DNA of 40,184 nucleotides from a virus (Duplodnaviria; Heunggongvirae; Uroviricota; Caudoviricetes): IMG/VR virus record IMGVR_UViG_2563366911_000003; one strand, 5' to 3'. Shown piece by piece: positions 30,572 to 40,184 of this stretch (position 1 is its first letter; each line of letters starts with the position of its first letter). The notes under the pieces were generated by a model. It saw only the letters and a program-made list of their open reading frames with translations, ran no database searches and was not told where the DNA came from. The position numbers and the translations under genes were made by a program.

Positions 30572-30748
30572 ATGGCCGGATTAACTAAAGAGCAAAGAGC
30601 ACAGCGTGAAGCCGCACAAAAAACGCAAATTGAGTTAGTGGTTATGGTGACCGATTATCAGATGTTTCCCGGCGCACCAACTATCGCTAATGTTCATCCT
30701 GATGAAGTTGACAACTGGAAGGCTATGGGCTGGAAAACTCAGGAGTAA
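30572..30748 (+). CDS. Small hypothetical protein (58 aa)
   Basis: Hand-translated ORF (MAGLTKEQRAQREAAQKTQ...) between the capsid and connector genes; not in the ORF track. Confidence 0.35.
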   Translation: MAGLTKEQRAQREAAQKTQIELVVMVTDYQMFPGAPTIANVHPDEVDNWKAMGWKTQE

Positions 30749-30751
30749 CAC

Positions 30752-31147
30752 ATGATCACTTACGTGACCTGTGATGACGTTGATAATGCGTTTGGGAACG
30801 CCTGGACGAGTGAGAACGCTAAAAATAAAGCTGTTTTAATGGCTAATGCCTGGCTTAATGGCTTCAACCTGAAAATTAACCCATCCCGTATTCCGGAAGA
30901 GGTAAAACTTGCGGGAGCATATGCAGCCAGAATTGCCTCATTCGGTAAGTTGTTTCAGCAGAAAAATGATTCTGGCGTTGTTATCAGTAAAGCCGTGTCG
31001 GCTGACGGGGTCAGTGTATCGAAATCATTTTCTGAGTTGCCAGCAAACAGCACTGCATTGCTTGAACCCGATTTACAGCTTGCGATAGCACTGCTGAAAC
31101 CGTACGGACTTAGTCGCTCACAAGTCAGGGTTGTGAGGGGGGGATAA
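30752..31147 (+). CDS. Head-tail connector/adaptor protein (gp6-like)
   Basis: 131-aa ORF with an aggag RBS, first of four translationally coupled genes after the head genes. Confidence 0.5.
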   Translation: MITYVTCDDVDNAFGNAWTSENAKNKAVLMANAWLNGFNLKINPSRIPEEVKLAGAYAARIASFGKLFQQKNDSGVVISKAVSADGVSVSKSFSELPANSTALLEPDLQLAIALLKPYGLSRSQVRVVRGG

Positions 31148-31530
31148 TGGGGCTTCGTGAAGAGATTCAGTCAGAGGTTGCCGCTGCTTTTGATGAGGAT
31201 TTAGCGGACGCCGTAAGTGATTTTTCTGGTTCTTACGTTACGCACCGGCACTGGGATCCTGTGACGGAAACTGGCGGCGAATCCACCGCAATCTATACCG
31301 GGCGAGGCGTGTTGACACGTTATAAGCTGGGCAGAATTGATGGGATTAATATTTTGCATGGTGACCTTAAATTAACCGCTCTGGTATGCGAGGTTACGGA
31401 TAAACCAGCTGTCGACCATATTATTGAGATTTATGATCCTGTATCAAGGCAGTTACAACGATACGAGGTAATTACAGCAAGTGTAGATCCTTCCGCATCA
31501 GTTTACTCTATCCAGTTAAGGAGAGCGTAA
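31147..31530 (+). CDS. Head completion / head-tail joining protein
   Basis: ATGA-coupled to the preceding gene; assignment positional. Confidence 0.45.
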   Translation: MGLREEIQSEVAAAFDEDLADAVSDFSGSYVTHRHWDPVTETGGESTAIYTGRGVLTRYKLGRIDGINILHGDLKLTALVCEVTDKPAVDHIIEIYDPVSRQLQRYEVITASVDPSASVYSIQLRRA

Positions 31531-31911
31531 ATGGCAAAGGCATGGGATATAGAACCGTCAATATTTGCCGGGATGATTGAGGAAGATGTAGGGCTGAAGA
31601 TTCGCTACATCGCTATGCAGATTCTTACTGCTATTGATATTGCTGCTCCGGTTGATACCGGACGTTTCAGAAATAACAACCTGGTGTCGTTACAGCATCC
31701 CGATTTTGGTATATCTGATAACGTGGATCCGAACGGTACGATTGCTGTTCAGCGTGGGATCGGGGTTATTTCGAAAGCTGCAAATTACGGGGTTATTTAT
31801 ATCCAGAATAACCTTCCTTATGCAGAGGCTCTTGAAAACGGTCATTCACAACAAGCGCCAACTGGCGTGTATGCCAACGCTTTTCATGGTGTTTTACAGG
31901 CTTACAAATGA
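31531..31911 (+). CDS. Tail component / neck protein
   Basis: Translationally coupled ORF in the head-tail joining cluster; assignment positional. Confidence 0.45.
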   Translation: MAKAWDIEPSIFAGMIEEDVGLKIRYIAMQILTAIDIAAPVDTGRFRNNNLVSLQHPDFGISDNVDPNGTIAVQRGIGVISKAANYGVIYIQNNLPYAEALENGHSQQAPTGVYANAFHGVLQAYK

Positions 31912-32300
31912 AGTTTACTGAAATCAGAAATACGGTTATTTCCAGAATGACGGCACAGACGATTATTGATGGAAAAGACGTATTGTATCCGAACGGGCCA
32001 ACGTTCGATCCTTCCGGTAAGTTAATCTGGGCGCGGTTAAGTAATATTCCCGGGCAGGCTGGAGTTAATGAAATTGGCGCGGGGCCGGTTGTTTATCGCA
32101 CGGGGATAATCATTATTCAGTTATTTGTCCCCGCAGGTTCTGGTTCAAAACTCATTACTGAGACAGCCGATAAATTGCGGGAACTGTTTGAGTTTCAGGA
32201 TGACGATCGTCTCAGTTACCAGGCTGTTTCCTCAATAGCCGTCGGCGAAAAGAATGGCTGGTTCCAGCTTAATCTTCAAATTCCATATCGCGCGCTCTAG
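31908..32300 (+). CDS. Tail completion/terminator protein
   Basis: Coupled ORF immediately before the major tail protein gene; assignment positional. Confidence 0.45.
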   Translation: MKFTEIRNTVISRMTAQTIIDGKDVLYPNGPTFDPSGKLIWARLSNIPGQAGVNEIGAGPVVYRTGIIIIQLFVPAGSGSKLITETADKLRELFEFQDDDRLSYQAVSSIAVGEKNGWFQLNLQIPYRAL

Positions 32301-32326
32301 CGCAATTAATGACATAGGAGGCTCCT

Positions 32327-33289
32327 GTGAGTTCAGGTGCAAAGGTTATCTCGGCATTTATCCGGGAGACAGTTGCAGGCACTACGCCAGCAAGTGGTGA
32401 CTGGAGTTTATTAAAACGCACAAGCTGGGGAGTAAAACCCACCCAGAATAAAGGCGAAAATAATGAGATTGGTGGCTCCCGGATGGCTCAGGGGGCGACG
32501 CCTGGCACTGTGGATGTCGGCGGTGATGTTGGTACCAAATTTCGCTGGGGTCAACATGATGATTTTCTTGCATCCTGTTTCGGCGCGGAATGGTCAGGCG
32601 ATTCTCTGACAATGGGGAATGAGCGAATAACATTTTCTCTGGCGACCTATGCGTCCGATGTCGGAATTGCCTCTGTCGTCAGAGGAGCGCAGGTTGGCTC
32701 ATGGAAAATGCAGATCCCTAACGACGGCGATATTACAGCGACCGTAACCTTTGCCGGGCTGGGCTGGGAATCAAAGGCCGATGATACGAATTTTATCAAA
32801 GGCGAACCTGTGGATAGTGCAGGAAAGCTACGTTATTCGTTTAAGGAGGTTTCAGCAGTAAGCCTGAATGGTGTTGCCGGAGGTAACGGTTTTTGTATCG
32901 ACAGTTTTGATATTCAGTTCGATAACAAACTCCAGACACAGCGTTGTATCGGGACTGGCTCGCCTTATGCAGGAGCAAATATTCCGACTACTTTTACACC
33001 GTCCGGTACGGTGACGCTTTCATGGTCTAAAGCCGCGTGGGAAATCTGGAGTAAAACACTGACTGGAGAAACAGTTCCGTTCAGCTTCACGCTTTCGAAT
33101 GGAGAGGGGGCATACACTTTCAGTTTCCCGAAGGTTCAGGTGTCAGGTGAATGGCCTGATGGGGGTAATAGCGACATTATCCAGGTTCAATTGAGCATTA
33201 CCGCAGCAGATGAAGCACCTACGATAACTAGAAAAAAAAATTCCCCGGCTGCCGTGATCGCAAAAGCCAGTGCTGAGGCGATTAGTTGA
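32327..33289 (+). CDS. Major tail (tube) protein
   Basis: 320-aa ORF with a strong aggagg RBS and GTG start, directly before the chaperone pair. Confidence 0.6.
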   Translation: MSSGAKVISAFIRETVAGTTPASGDWSLLKRTSWGVKPTQNKGENNEIGGSRMAQGATPGTVDVGGDVGTKFRWGQHDDFLASCFGAEWSGDSLTMGNERITFSLATYASDVGIASVVRGAQVGSWKMQIPNDGDITATVTFAGLGWESKADDTNFIKGEPVDSAGKLRYSFKEVSAVSLNGVAGGNGFCIDSFDIQFDNKLQTQRCIGTGSPYAGANIPTTFTPSGTVTLSWSKAAWEIWSKTLTGETVPFSFTLSNGEGAYTFSFPKVQVSGEWPDGGNSDIIQVQLSITAADEAPTITRKKNSPAAVIAKASAEAIS

Positions 33290-33337
33290 TTTTCCGTTAT
33301 TCCTCCTGTGGTACTGCCCTACAGGGGGACGCATTGA

Positions 33338-33799
33338 ATGAGGTTATGGATGTTTATTCTTAATCAGAAAATTATCATTGGTGGAGAACGCTGGTTTACG
33401 CCAATGAAGGACTTAAAACCTGTAGACGGGTTAAAACTGTTGGTGGCAAGCAGCGATAACGATCAGTATCGCTCCCGTAATGCATTAATCCGTCGCCACA
33501 TTGAGAAAATGGATGCCAGTTTGCACGTCGGAACGAAGGAGTTTGATATTTCAAAGGTTTCCGAGGTGGATTCTGTTGATGATTTACTCATTGATAATGC
33601 CGCTCGTTATCTGCTGAAAGACTGGAAAGGGGTTGGTGAACTGGTTAATGGTGTTGAGGTTGCACTGGAATATACGGCAGAACGAGGGATCGCGCTGCTT
33701 AAGCAGAATCCAGAGTTGTACTGGCAGATCCTTGCAGAAGCAGCCAGCATCGCCCAGGGTAAAGAGCAGCAGAAGCAGGATACGATAAAAAAGCCATAG
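33338..33799 (+). CDS. Tail assembly chaperone (G-like)
   Basis: Acidic ~150-aa ORF before the tape measure gene; A AAA AAG slippery heptamer at its 3' end. True start may be 33350 or 33404. Confidence 0.6.
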   Translation: MRLWMFILNQKIIIGGERWFTPMKDLKPVDGLKLLVASSDNDQYRSRNALIRRHIEKMDASLHVGTKEFDISKVSEVDSVDDLLIDNAARYLLKDWKGVGELVNGVEVALEYTAERGIALLKQNPELYWQILAEAASIAQGKEQQKQDTIKKP

Positions 33800-34107
33800 C
33801 CGCCCAGCGGTGGTTATCGGAGTTCGGGGGAGAAAGGGGGGAAAAGGCAAGATGGAAGCGAGAAAAACTCAGGTTGCCACCGATACCGGAACCAGAAATA
33901 GACCCGGTGCTTAAGGAATTGTTGTACGCCTATTCGGTAATATCCCGTGCCCGACGTTATGCTGGAATGACCGGGGTGCCTTTGCCTTTATCTCTGACAG
34001 AGATAAATGAATATTTAGCCACTCATCCGGTATTGATTGAGCGCGATGAGTTTGAAGCAGTGATCTTTGCACTGGATGACCAGTATTTTCAGGAGCAGTG
34101 TGTGTAG
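33787..34107 (+). CDS. Frameshift extension of the tail assembly chaperone (GT-like, -1 programmed frameshift)
   Basis: The -1 frame is open from the slippery site to 34107 with no ATG start of its own. Confidence 0.55.
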   Translation, partial: KKAIAAQRWLSEFGGERGEKARWKREKLRLPPIPEPEIDPVLKELLYAYSVISRARRYAGMTGVPLPLSLTEINEYLATHPVLIERDEFEAVIFALDDQYFQEQCV

Positions 34108-34270
34108 TTGTTAATTACGTACACTCTGTTACAGAGATGTGATGGTGTCTTTAATCAAATCGATGATGCTCCTGGAGAAAAGCATTGCGTGGCCTCGTAA
34201 TCGCTATATCTACTATTATGTCGCCTGAAACCCACTTCGGTGGGCTTTTTGTTGTCTGGAGTTTTAATAA

Positions 34271-37200
34271 ATGGCAGAGCAAACCTCGCGTCTCGCAATA
34301 ATTATTGATAGCACTGGAGCAAAAAATAATGCTGACAATCTGACCTCCTCATTAGTCAAAATGACGCAGGCCGGGGAAACTGCTGCAAATAGCGCAGGGA
34401 AAGTGACTAAGGCAACAGAAGATGAGAAGAACGCGCTCGCAAAATTAAAAGCAGCTATTGATCCAGTTGGTGCCGCAATTGATACTGTCGGTCGACGCTA
34501 TTCTGAATTAAAGAAATTTTTCGATAAAGGGCTTATTGATAAAGAAGAATATGAATTTCTTGTCCGTAAACTTAATGAAACCACAGAGGAATTGAGCGGG
34601 GTTGCGCAAGCGCAGAGAGAAGCCGAGAAGGCCGGAAAACTTGCTGCCGCCCAGCAGGAATCGCAGGCTCAGGCCTTTCAAAGAATGCTGGACAAGATCG
34701 ACCCTCTGGTTGCGGCGCTAAGAAATCTTGAACAACAGCAGGATGAACTTAATGCTGCGTTTGCATCCGGGAAAATAAATGGTTCTCAGTTTGAGAATTA
34801 TAGCCGAAAAATACAGGAAACACGGCGAGAGCTTACCGGAGAGGCTCAGGCAGAGCGAGAAGCAGCAAAAGCGCATGATGAACAGGTTGCTGCTTTGCAA
34901 CGTCTGATTGCTCAACTTGACCCTGTCGGAACTGCTTTTAATCGTCTGGTAGAACAACAGAAACAGCTCAATGAAGCAAAAGCTAAGGGGATGCTCTCTC
35001 CTGAAATGTATGAGGAACTTTCTGGAAAACTTCGTGCTATGCGGAGTGAGCTTGAGGTTACTCAATCTCAATTAAGCAAAACCGGAATGTCGGCAAAACA
35101 AACGGCTTTTGCTATGCGCATGTTGCCTGCACAAATGACGGATATTGTTGTTGGGTTGTCCACTGGTCAGTCGCCTTTTATGGTGTTAATGCAGCAGGGC
35201 GGCCAGCTAAAAGATATGTTCGGTGGGATTGGCCCGGCGATCAAAGGTGTTGGTTCTTATGTGCTGGGATTAATTAATCCTTTTACCCTGGCCGCAGCAG
35301 CCGTTGGCGTCTTAGGGCTGGCTTACTATAAAGGTTCTCAGGAGCAGGACGAATTTAATAAATCTCTTATTCTTACCGGAAATCAGTTGGGGACAACCAG
35401 CGGGCAATTGGCCGATATAGTTCAACGTGCCGGTAATGCGGCTGATTCGACAACTGGCGCTGCGGCGGCAGTATTAAACCAGCTTGTGCGTTCGGGAAAG
35501 GTAGCGAGCAGTTCGCTGGAGCAAGTGACGACAGCGATAGTAAAAACGAGCGAAGTAACAGGAATATCAACCGAACAACTGGTTAATGACTTCAATGAAA
35601 TTGCAAAGGATCCTGTCAGTGCCATATCAAAACTTAATGATCAGTACCATTTTCTGACACTTGCGACTTATAACCAGATTAAGGCGCTACAGGATGAAGG
35701 GAACCAGCAGGAGGCCGCCCGCATTGCGACAGAAGAATACTCATCCTCAATGATCCAGCGCACCAACCAGATTAAAGAAAATCTTGGTTATCTTGAGACT
35801 GCATGGAAAGCTGTCGCAGACTCCGCAAAATGGGCATGGGATTCCATGCTGGATATTGGCCGTGAGGCCTCCCTTGATCAAAAAATCTCAGATGTTCTCC
35901 GTCAAATTGATGAAATAGAAAAAAATACCCGACCCGGAGTTTTCGGGTTAGGTGGCATTGGAGATGGCGGAGCTCAAAATAAAAGGCTGGCACGATTAAA
36001 GCAGCAATTGGGCGTACTTCAAGCAGAAAAAATTGCTCAGGACGTACTAAATTCATCAATAAACGATTACAACAAGCGACAACAGGAAGGAATTGAACTC
36101 AGACAGAGAGCAGATGCCTTTTCAAAACAATATCAGACCCGGGAGCAGCAGAGAGCTAGTGAACTTGCAAAACTGGAAAAGCTAAAGAATCAGTATTCAA
36201 AGGAAGAATATAATAATCTTATCGCTCAAATAAATGAGCGTTATAAAGATCCAAAGCAACCAAAGGCGAAAGGTTATTCTGATGATGCAGCCCAACGAAT
36301 GATTGATCATCTGAATCAACAGAATGCGTTACTAAGTTCACAAGCTGAGTTGACCGTTAAATTAAGTTCCTCTGAACAGGAACTGGTTAAGTGGCGTCAG
36401 CGGATTGCCGACCTGGAGTCACGACCATCATCGAAATTAACCCAGGATCAGAAATCGCTTCTCTTACACCGGGAAGAAATAACCACGTTGATGGAGAAAA
36501 ATGTTGCGATTGAAAAAAATAACAGGCTAATCAAGGAATCCGCCGAAATAACAGCATGGCGTGATTCATTGCAGGCTTCGATTGATAATCGTCAGCAGGG
36601 GTATGATATTCAGATTGCTGGTTATGGGGTTGGCGATAAAAATCAGCAACGCCAGCAGGAATTACTGCGGATTGAACATGGATATAACAATCAGCGTCTG
36701 CAACTTGAACGTGACTATGCAGATAAATCCCGTGGAATGTCAGATCATGTTTTTCAAGAGAAAATGCAGGCTCTGAATGATGCTCTGGAACGGGAAAAAG
36801 AAATTGTCAGACAGAAAAACGAGCAGCTCGATATTCAGGCAGGAGACTGGGTTAGTGGTGCCTCCCAGGGATTCAATAACTGGCTGGATGACACTAAGGA
36901 TATCAGTGAGCAGATAAAATCAACCACGACTCAGATGTTTGATGGGATGACCGATGCGCTGGGTGATTTTGTCACGACAGGCAAGGCAAATTTTCGTTCT
37001 TTCGCTACTTCCGTGATTTCGGATCTTAGTCGAATAGCATTAAAGGCTTCAATTACTGGGATTTTCGACAGCATTAGTAACAGTTCTTCTGGGGGGGTTT
37101 TAGGAACTATCGGGAGTGCTATTAGTAAATTTATTCCGAATGCAAAGGGCGGTGTTTATGAGTCTCCGTCATTGAGCACGTATTCGAACGGTATTTATGA

Positions 37201-37504
37201 TTCCCCGCAATTTTTTGCTTTTGCAAAAGGGGCTGGTGTTTTTGGTGAGGCTGGACCGGAAGCCATTATGCCATTAACACGAACTTCCGATGGTTCTCTT
37301 GGTGTCAGAGCTATTAATAGTAAAAGTGGTAATGGAGGCGGAGATATTACCTATGCCCCTGTATACCAAATCACTATTCAAAATGACGGCCAGAATGGAG
37401 AGATTGGCCCTCAGGCAATAAAAGCACTTATGGGGATGGTTGATCAGCGGGTGCAGGGCAATCTGTTAAATATGCGACGTGATGGGGGAATGTTAAGTGG
37501 CTAA
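34271..37504 (+). CDS. Tail tape measure protein
   Basis: 1077-aa Q/E/A-rich coiled-coil protein with a hydrophobic central segment and Gly-rich C-terminus. Confidence 0.85.
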   Translation: MAEQTSRLAIIIDSTGAKNNADNLTSSLVKMTQAGETAANSAGKVTKATEDEKNALAKLKAAIDPVGAAIDTVGRRYSELKKFFDKGLIDKEEYEFLVRKLNETTEELSGVAQAQREAEKAGKLAAAQQESQAQAFQRMLDKIDPLVAALRNLEQQQDELNAAFASGKINGSQFENYSRKIQETRRELTGEAQAEREAAKAHDEQVAALQRLIAQLDPVGTAFNRLVEQQKQLNEAKAKGMLSPEMYEELSGKLRAMRSELEVTQSQLSKTGMSAKQTAFAMRMLPAQMTDIVVGLSTGQSPFMVLMQQGGQLKDMFGGIGPAIKGVGSYVLGLINPFTLAAAAVGVLGLAYYKGSQEQDEFNKSLILTGNQLGTTSGQLADIVQRAGNAADSTTGAAAAVLNQLVRSGKVASSSLEQVTTAIVKTSEVTGISTEQLVNDFNEIAKDPVSAISKLNDQYHFLTLATYNQIKALQDEGNQQEAARIATEEYSSSMIQRTNQIKENLGYLETAWKAVADSAKWAWDSMLDIGREASLDQKISDVLRQIDEIEKNTRPGVFGLGGIGDGGAQNKRLARLKQQLGVLQAEKIAQDVLNSSINDYNKRQQEGIELRQRADAFSKQYQTREQQRASELAKLEKLKNQYSKEEYNNLIAQINERYKDPKQPKAKGYSDDAAQRMIDHLNQQNALLSSQAELTVKLSSSEQELVKWRQRIADLESRPSSKLTQDQKSLLLHREEITTLMEKNVAIEKNNRLIKESAEITAWRDSLQASIDNRQQGYDIQIAGYGVGDKNQQRQQELLRIEHGYNNQRLQLERDYADKSRGMSDHVFQEKMQALNDALEREKEIVRQKNEQLDIQAGDWVSGASQGFNNWLDDTKDISEQIKSTTTQMFDGMTDALGDFVTTGKANFRSFATSVISDLSRIALKASITGIFDSISNSSSGGVLGTIGSAISKFIPNAKGGVYESPSLSTYSNGIYDSPQFFAFAKGAGVFGEAGPEAIMPLTRTSDGSLGVRAINSKSGNGGGDITYAPVYQITIQNDGQNGEIGPQAIKALMGMVDQRVQGNLLNMRRDGGMLSG

Positions 37505-37835
37505 TACGGAAGAATTTCACTGGTTACCAGAGGATGGAATGAAAACAGAAAATAAACCATCGATAAAAACTGTAAGATTTGGTGATGGTTATGAGCAACG
37601 AAGTCCAAATGGACTTAATCATTCTCTGCGCGTTTTCACCTGTGATTTCAAAGTTGAGGCGAATGAACGTGATTCATTTGAAAAATTTTTAGCCCGGCAT
37701 GAAGGCTATAAATCTTTTTTTTGGCGCCCGCCGGGTATTAACAGAAAAATCAGAGTGGTGTGTCGAACGTGGTCAGCGACAGAACATATCACCTATACCG
37801 ATTTTTCGTGTCAGTTTGACGAAGTGGTGATCTGA
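37497..37835 (+). CDS. Minor tail protein M (lambda gpM-like)
   Basis: 112-aa product with the motif [10 protein letters not shown]...[29 protein letters not shown], homologous to recalled lambda M. Confidence 0.8.
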   Translation: MANTEEFHWLPEDGMKTENKPSIKTVRFGDGYEQRSPNGLNHSLRVFTCDFKVEANERDSFEKFLARHEGYKSFFWRPPGINRKIRVVCRTWSATEHITYTDFSCQFDEVVI

Positions 37836-38533
37836 TGCAGGACATACGACAGGAAACACTGAATGAATGCATCCGTGTGGAGCAGACGGCCAGCGTGGTG
37901 CTCTGGGAAATTGATCTGACAGAGGTCGGTGGGGAGCGTTACTTTTTCTGCAATGAGCAGAATGAAAAAGGTGAACCGGTTACCTGGCAGGGGCGAAAGT
38001 ATCAGGCGTACCCCATTCAGGGAAGCGGCTTTGAGATGAACGGTAAGGGCAGCAGCGCACGTCCCACACTTAAGGTATCTAACCTGTATGGCATGGTCAC
38101 CGGGATGGCCGAAGACCTGCAGAGTCTGGTCGGCGGAACGGTGGTCAGGCGTAAGGTTTATGCCCGTTTTCTGGATGCGGTGAACTTCATCAACGGAAAC
38201 AGCGAAGCCGATCCGGAGCAGGAGGTGATCAGCCGCTGGCGCATCGAGCAGTGCAGCGAACTGAGCGCGGTGAGTGCCTCTTTTGTACTGTCCACGCCGA
38301 CGGAAACGGACGGCGCTGTTTTTCCGGGACGTATCATGCTGGCCAACACCTGCACCTGGACCTATCGCGGCGATGAGTGCGGTTATCACGGTCCGGCGGT
38401 CGCGGATGAATATGACCAGCCAACGTCCGATATCACGAAGGATAAATGCAGCAAATGCCTGAGCGGTTGTAAGTTCCGCAATAACGTCGGCAACTTTGGC
38501 GGCTTCCTTTCCATTAACAAACTTTCGCAGTGA
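37835..38533 (+). CDS. Minor tail protein L (lambda gpL-like)
   Basis: 232-aa product ([12 protein letters not shown]...CSKCLSGCKFRNNVGNFGGFLSINKLSQ), nearly identical to recalled lambda L. Confidence 0.85.
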   Translation: MQDIRQETLNECIRVEQTASVVLWEIDLTEVGGERYFFCNEQNEKGEPVTWQGRKYQAYPIQGSGFEMNGKGSSARPTLKVSNLYGMVTGMAEDLQSLVGGTVVRRKVYARFLDAVNFINGNSEADPEQEVISRWRIEQCSELSAVSASFVLSTPTETDGAVFPGRIMLANTCTWTYRGDECGYHGPAVADEYDQPTSDITKDKCSKCLSGCKFRNNVGNFGGFLSINKLSQ

Positions 38534-39282
38534 ATCCCATGACAGAGACAGAATCAGCGATTCTGGCGCACGCCCGGCGATGTGCGTCAGCAGAGTCGTG
38601 CGGCTTCGTGGTGAGAACACCGGAGGGGGAAAGATATTTTCCCTGCGTGAATATCTCCGGTGAGCCGGAGGCGTATTTCCGGATGTCGCCGGAGGACTGG
38701 CTGAGTGCAGAAATGCAGGGTGAGATTGTCGCGCTGGTCCACAGTCATCCCGGTGGTCTGCCCTGGCTGAGTGAAGCCGACAGGCGGCTGCAAGTGCAGA
38801 GTGATTTGCCGTGGTGGCTGGTCTGTCGGGGAGCGATTCACAAGTTCCGCTGTGTGCCGCATCTTACCGGACGGCGCTTTGAGCACGGGGTGACAGACTG
38901 TTACACGCTGTTCCGGGATGCTTACCATCTGGCGGGGATTGAGATGCCGGATTTTCACCGCGAGGATGACTGGTGGCGTCACGGTCAGAATCTCTATCTG
39001 GATAATCTGGAGGCCACAGGGCTGTATCAGGTGCCGTTGTCAGCGGCGCAGCCGGGCGATGTGCTGCTGTGCTGTTTTGGTTCATCGGTGCCGAATCATG
39101 CCGCCATTTACTGCGGCGACGGCGAGCTGCTGCACCATATTCCTGAACAACTGAGTAAACGGGAGAGGTATACCGACAAATGGCAGCGACGCACACACTC
39201 CCTCTGGCGTCACCGGGAATGGCACGCATCTGCCTTTACGGGGATTTGCAACGATTTGGCCGCCGCATCGACCTTCGTGTGA
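38530..39282 (+). CDS. Tail assembly protein K (lambda gpK-like, NlpC/P60 plus MPN-like)
   Basis: HSHP motif and a conserved Cys/His region; translationally coupled to L. Confidence 0.8.
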   Translation: MNPMTETESAILAHARRCASAESCGFVVRTPEGERYFPCVNISGEPEAYFRMSPEDWLSAEMQGEIVALVHSHPGGLPWLSEADRRLQVQSDLPWWLVCRGAIHKFRCVPHLTGRRFEHGVTDCYTLFRDAYHLAGIEMPDFHREDDWWRHGQNLYLDNLEATGLYQVPLSAAQPGDVLLCCFGSSVPNHAAIYCGDGELLHHIPEQLSKRERYTDKWQRRTHSLWRHREWHASAFTGICNDLAAASTFV

Positions 39283-39851
39283 AAACGGGGGCTGAAGCCA
39301 TCCGCGCACTGGCCACACAGCTCCCGGCGTTTCGTCAGAAACTGAGCGACGGCTGGTATCAGGTACGGATTGCCGGGCGGGACGTCAGCGCGTCCGGGTT
39401 AACGGCGCAGTTACATGAGACTCTGCCTGATGGCGCTGTGATTCATATTGTTCCCAGAGTCGCCGGGGCCAAGTCAGGTGGCGTATTCCAGATTGTCCTG
39501 GGGGCTGCAGCCATTGCCGGATCATTCTTTACCGCCGGAGCCACCCTTGCAGCATGGGGGGCAGCCATTGGGGCCGGTGGTATGACCGGCATCCTGTTTT
39601 CTCTCGGTGCCAGTATGGTGCTCGGTGGTGTGGCGCAGATGCTGGCACCGAAAGCCAGAACTCCCCGTACACAGACAACGGATAACGGTAAGCAGAACAC
39701 CTATTTCTCCTCACTGGATAACATGGTTGCCCAGGGCAATGTTCTGCCTGTTCTGTACGGGGAAATGCGCGTGGGGTCACGCGTGGTTTCTCAGGAGATC
39801 AGCACGGCAGACGAAGGGGATGGTGGTCAGGTTGTGGTGATTGGTCGCTGA
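39180..39851 (+). CDS. Tail assembly protein I (lambda gpI-like)
   Basis: 223-aa product (MAATHTLPLASPGMARICLYGDLQRFGRRIDLRVKTGAEAIRAL...) overlapping the 3' end of K, as in lambda. Confidence 0.75.
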   Translation: MAATHTLPLASPGMARICLYGDLQRFGRRIDLRVKTGAEAIRALATQLPAFRQKLSDGWYQVRIAGRDVSASGLTAQLHETLPDGAVIHIVPRVAGAKSGGVFQIVLGAAAIAGSFFTAGATLAAWGAAIGAGGMTGILFSLGASMVLGGVAQMLAPKARTPRTQTTDNGKQNTYFSSLDNMVAQGNVLPVLYGEMRVGSRVVSQEISTADEGDGGQVVVIGR

Positions 39852-39911
39852 TGCAAAATGTTTTATGTGAAACCGCCTGCGGGCGGTTTTGTCGTTTCTG
39901 GAGCGTGAGGA

Positions 39912-40184
39912 ATGGGTAAAGGCAGCAGTAAGGGGCATACCCCGCGCGAAGCGAAGGACAACCTGAAATCATCCCAGATGCTGAGCGTGATAGACGCCAT
40001 CAGTGAAGGGCCGATTGAAGGTCCGGTGGACGGATTAAAAAGTGTGCTGCTGAACAGTACGCCGGTGCTGGACAGTGAGGGGAATACCAATATCTCTGGC
40101 GTCACGGTGGTGTTCCGGGCAGGTGAGCAGGAGCAGACACCGCCTGAGGGGTTTGAATCCTCCGGCTCCGAGACGGTGCTGGGT
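39912..40184 (+). CDS. Host specificity / central tail fibre protein J, 5' partial
   Basis: N-terminus MGKGSSKGHTPREAKDNLKSSQMLSVIDAISEGPIEG... matches recalled lambda J; runs off the window end. Confidence 0.85.
   Translation, partial: MGKGSSKGHTPREAKDNLKSSQMLSVIDAISEGPIEGPVDGLKSVLLNSTPVLDSEGNTNISGVTVVFRAGEQEQTPPEGFESSGSETVLG

Noticed and set aside
34718-36059. Minus-strand ORFs of 65-117 aa
   Set aside because: Antisense within the tape measure gene.
37811-38620. 269-aa minus-strand ORF
   Set aside because: Antisense to the lambda-like L and K genes, whose plus-strand products are recognisable.
39872-39891. Hairpin (accgcc-tgcg-ggcggt) between I and J as a terminator
   Set aside because: The T-tract is weak and interrupted, and the position inside the tail operon argues against termination; could be an RNA structure but unsupported.

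Overview
The window is a near-complete Rac-like lambdoid prophage of an enterobacterium (E. coli-like), read left to right: integrase/excisionase, RecE/RecT early region (Lar, RacC, YdaE, KilR, SieB), RacR/YdaS immunity switch, replication genes (YdaU, DnaC-like YdaV, YdaW), an AT-rich ~3.4 kb accessory island, a YbcO/Q-like late-control region, two phage-borne tRNAs, a pinholin/SAR-endolysin/Rz/Rz1 lysis cassette, trkG, a non-lambda packaging/head module, and lambda-type tail genes (M, L, K, I, start of J). All family assignments are from reading the ORF translations and recalled similarity to known proteins; no database search was run. The strongest candidate for an undescribed system is the AT-rich island at 11.9-14.3 kb: a ~750-aa STAND/NACHT-like P-loop NTPase whose Walker A and Walker B motifs lie in different reading frames on either side of an A7 homopolymer, i.e. 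a frameshifted or slippage-switchable putative antiphage gene. Other points worth a second look are the ~1 kb AT-rich ORF-poor tail of that island, the Thr/Gly tRNA pair, extra genes inserted between holin and endolysin, and repeated operator-like motifs flanking racR.
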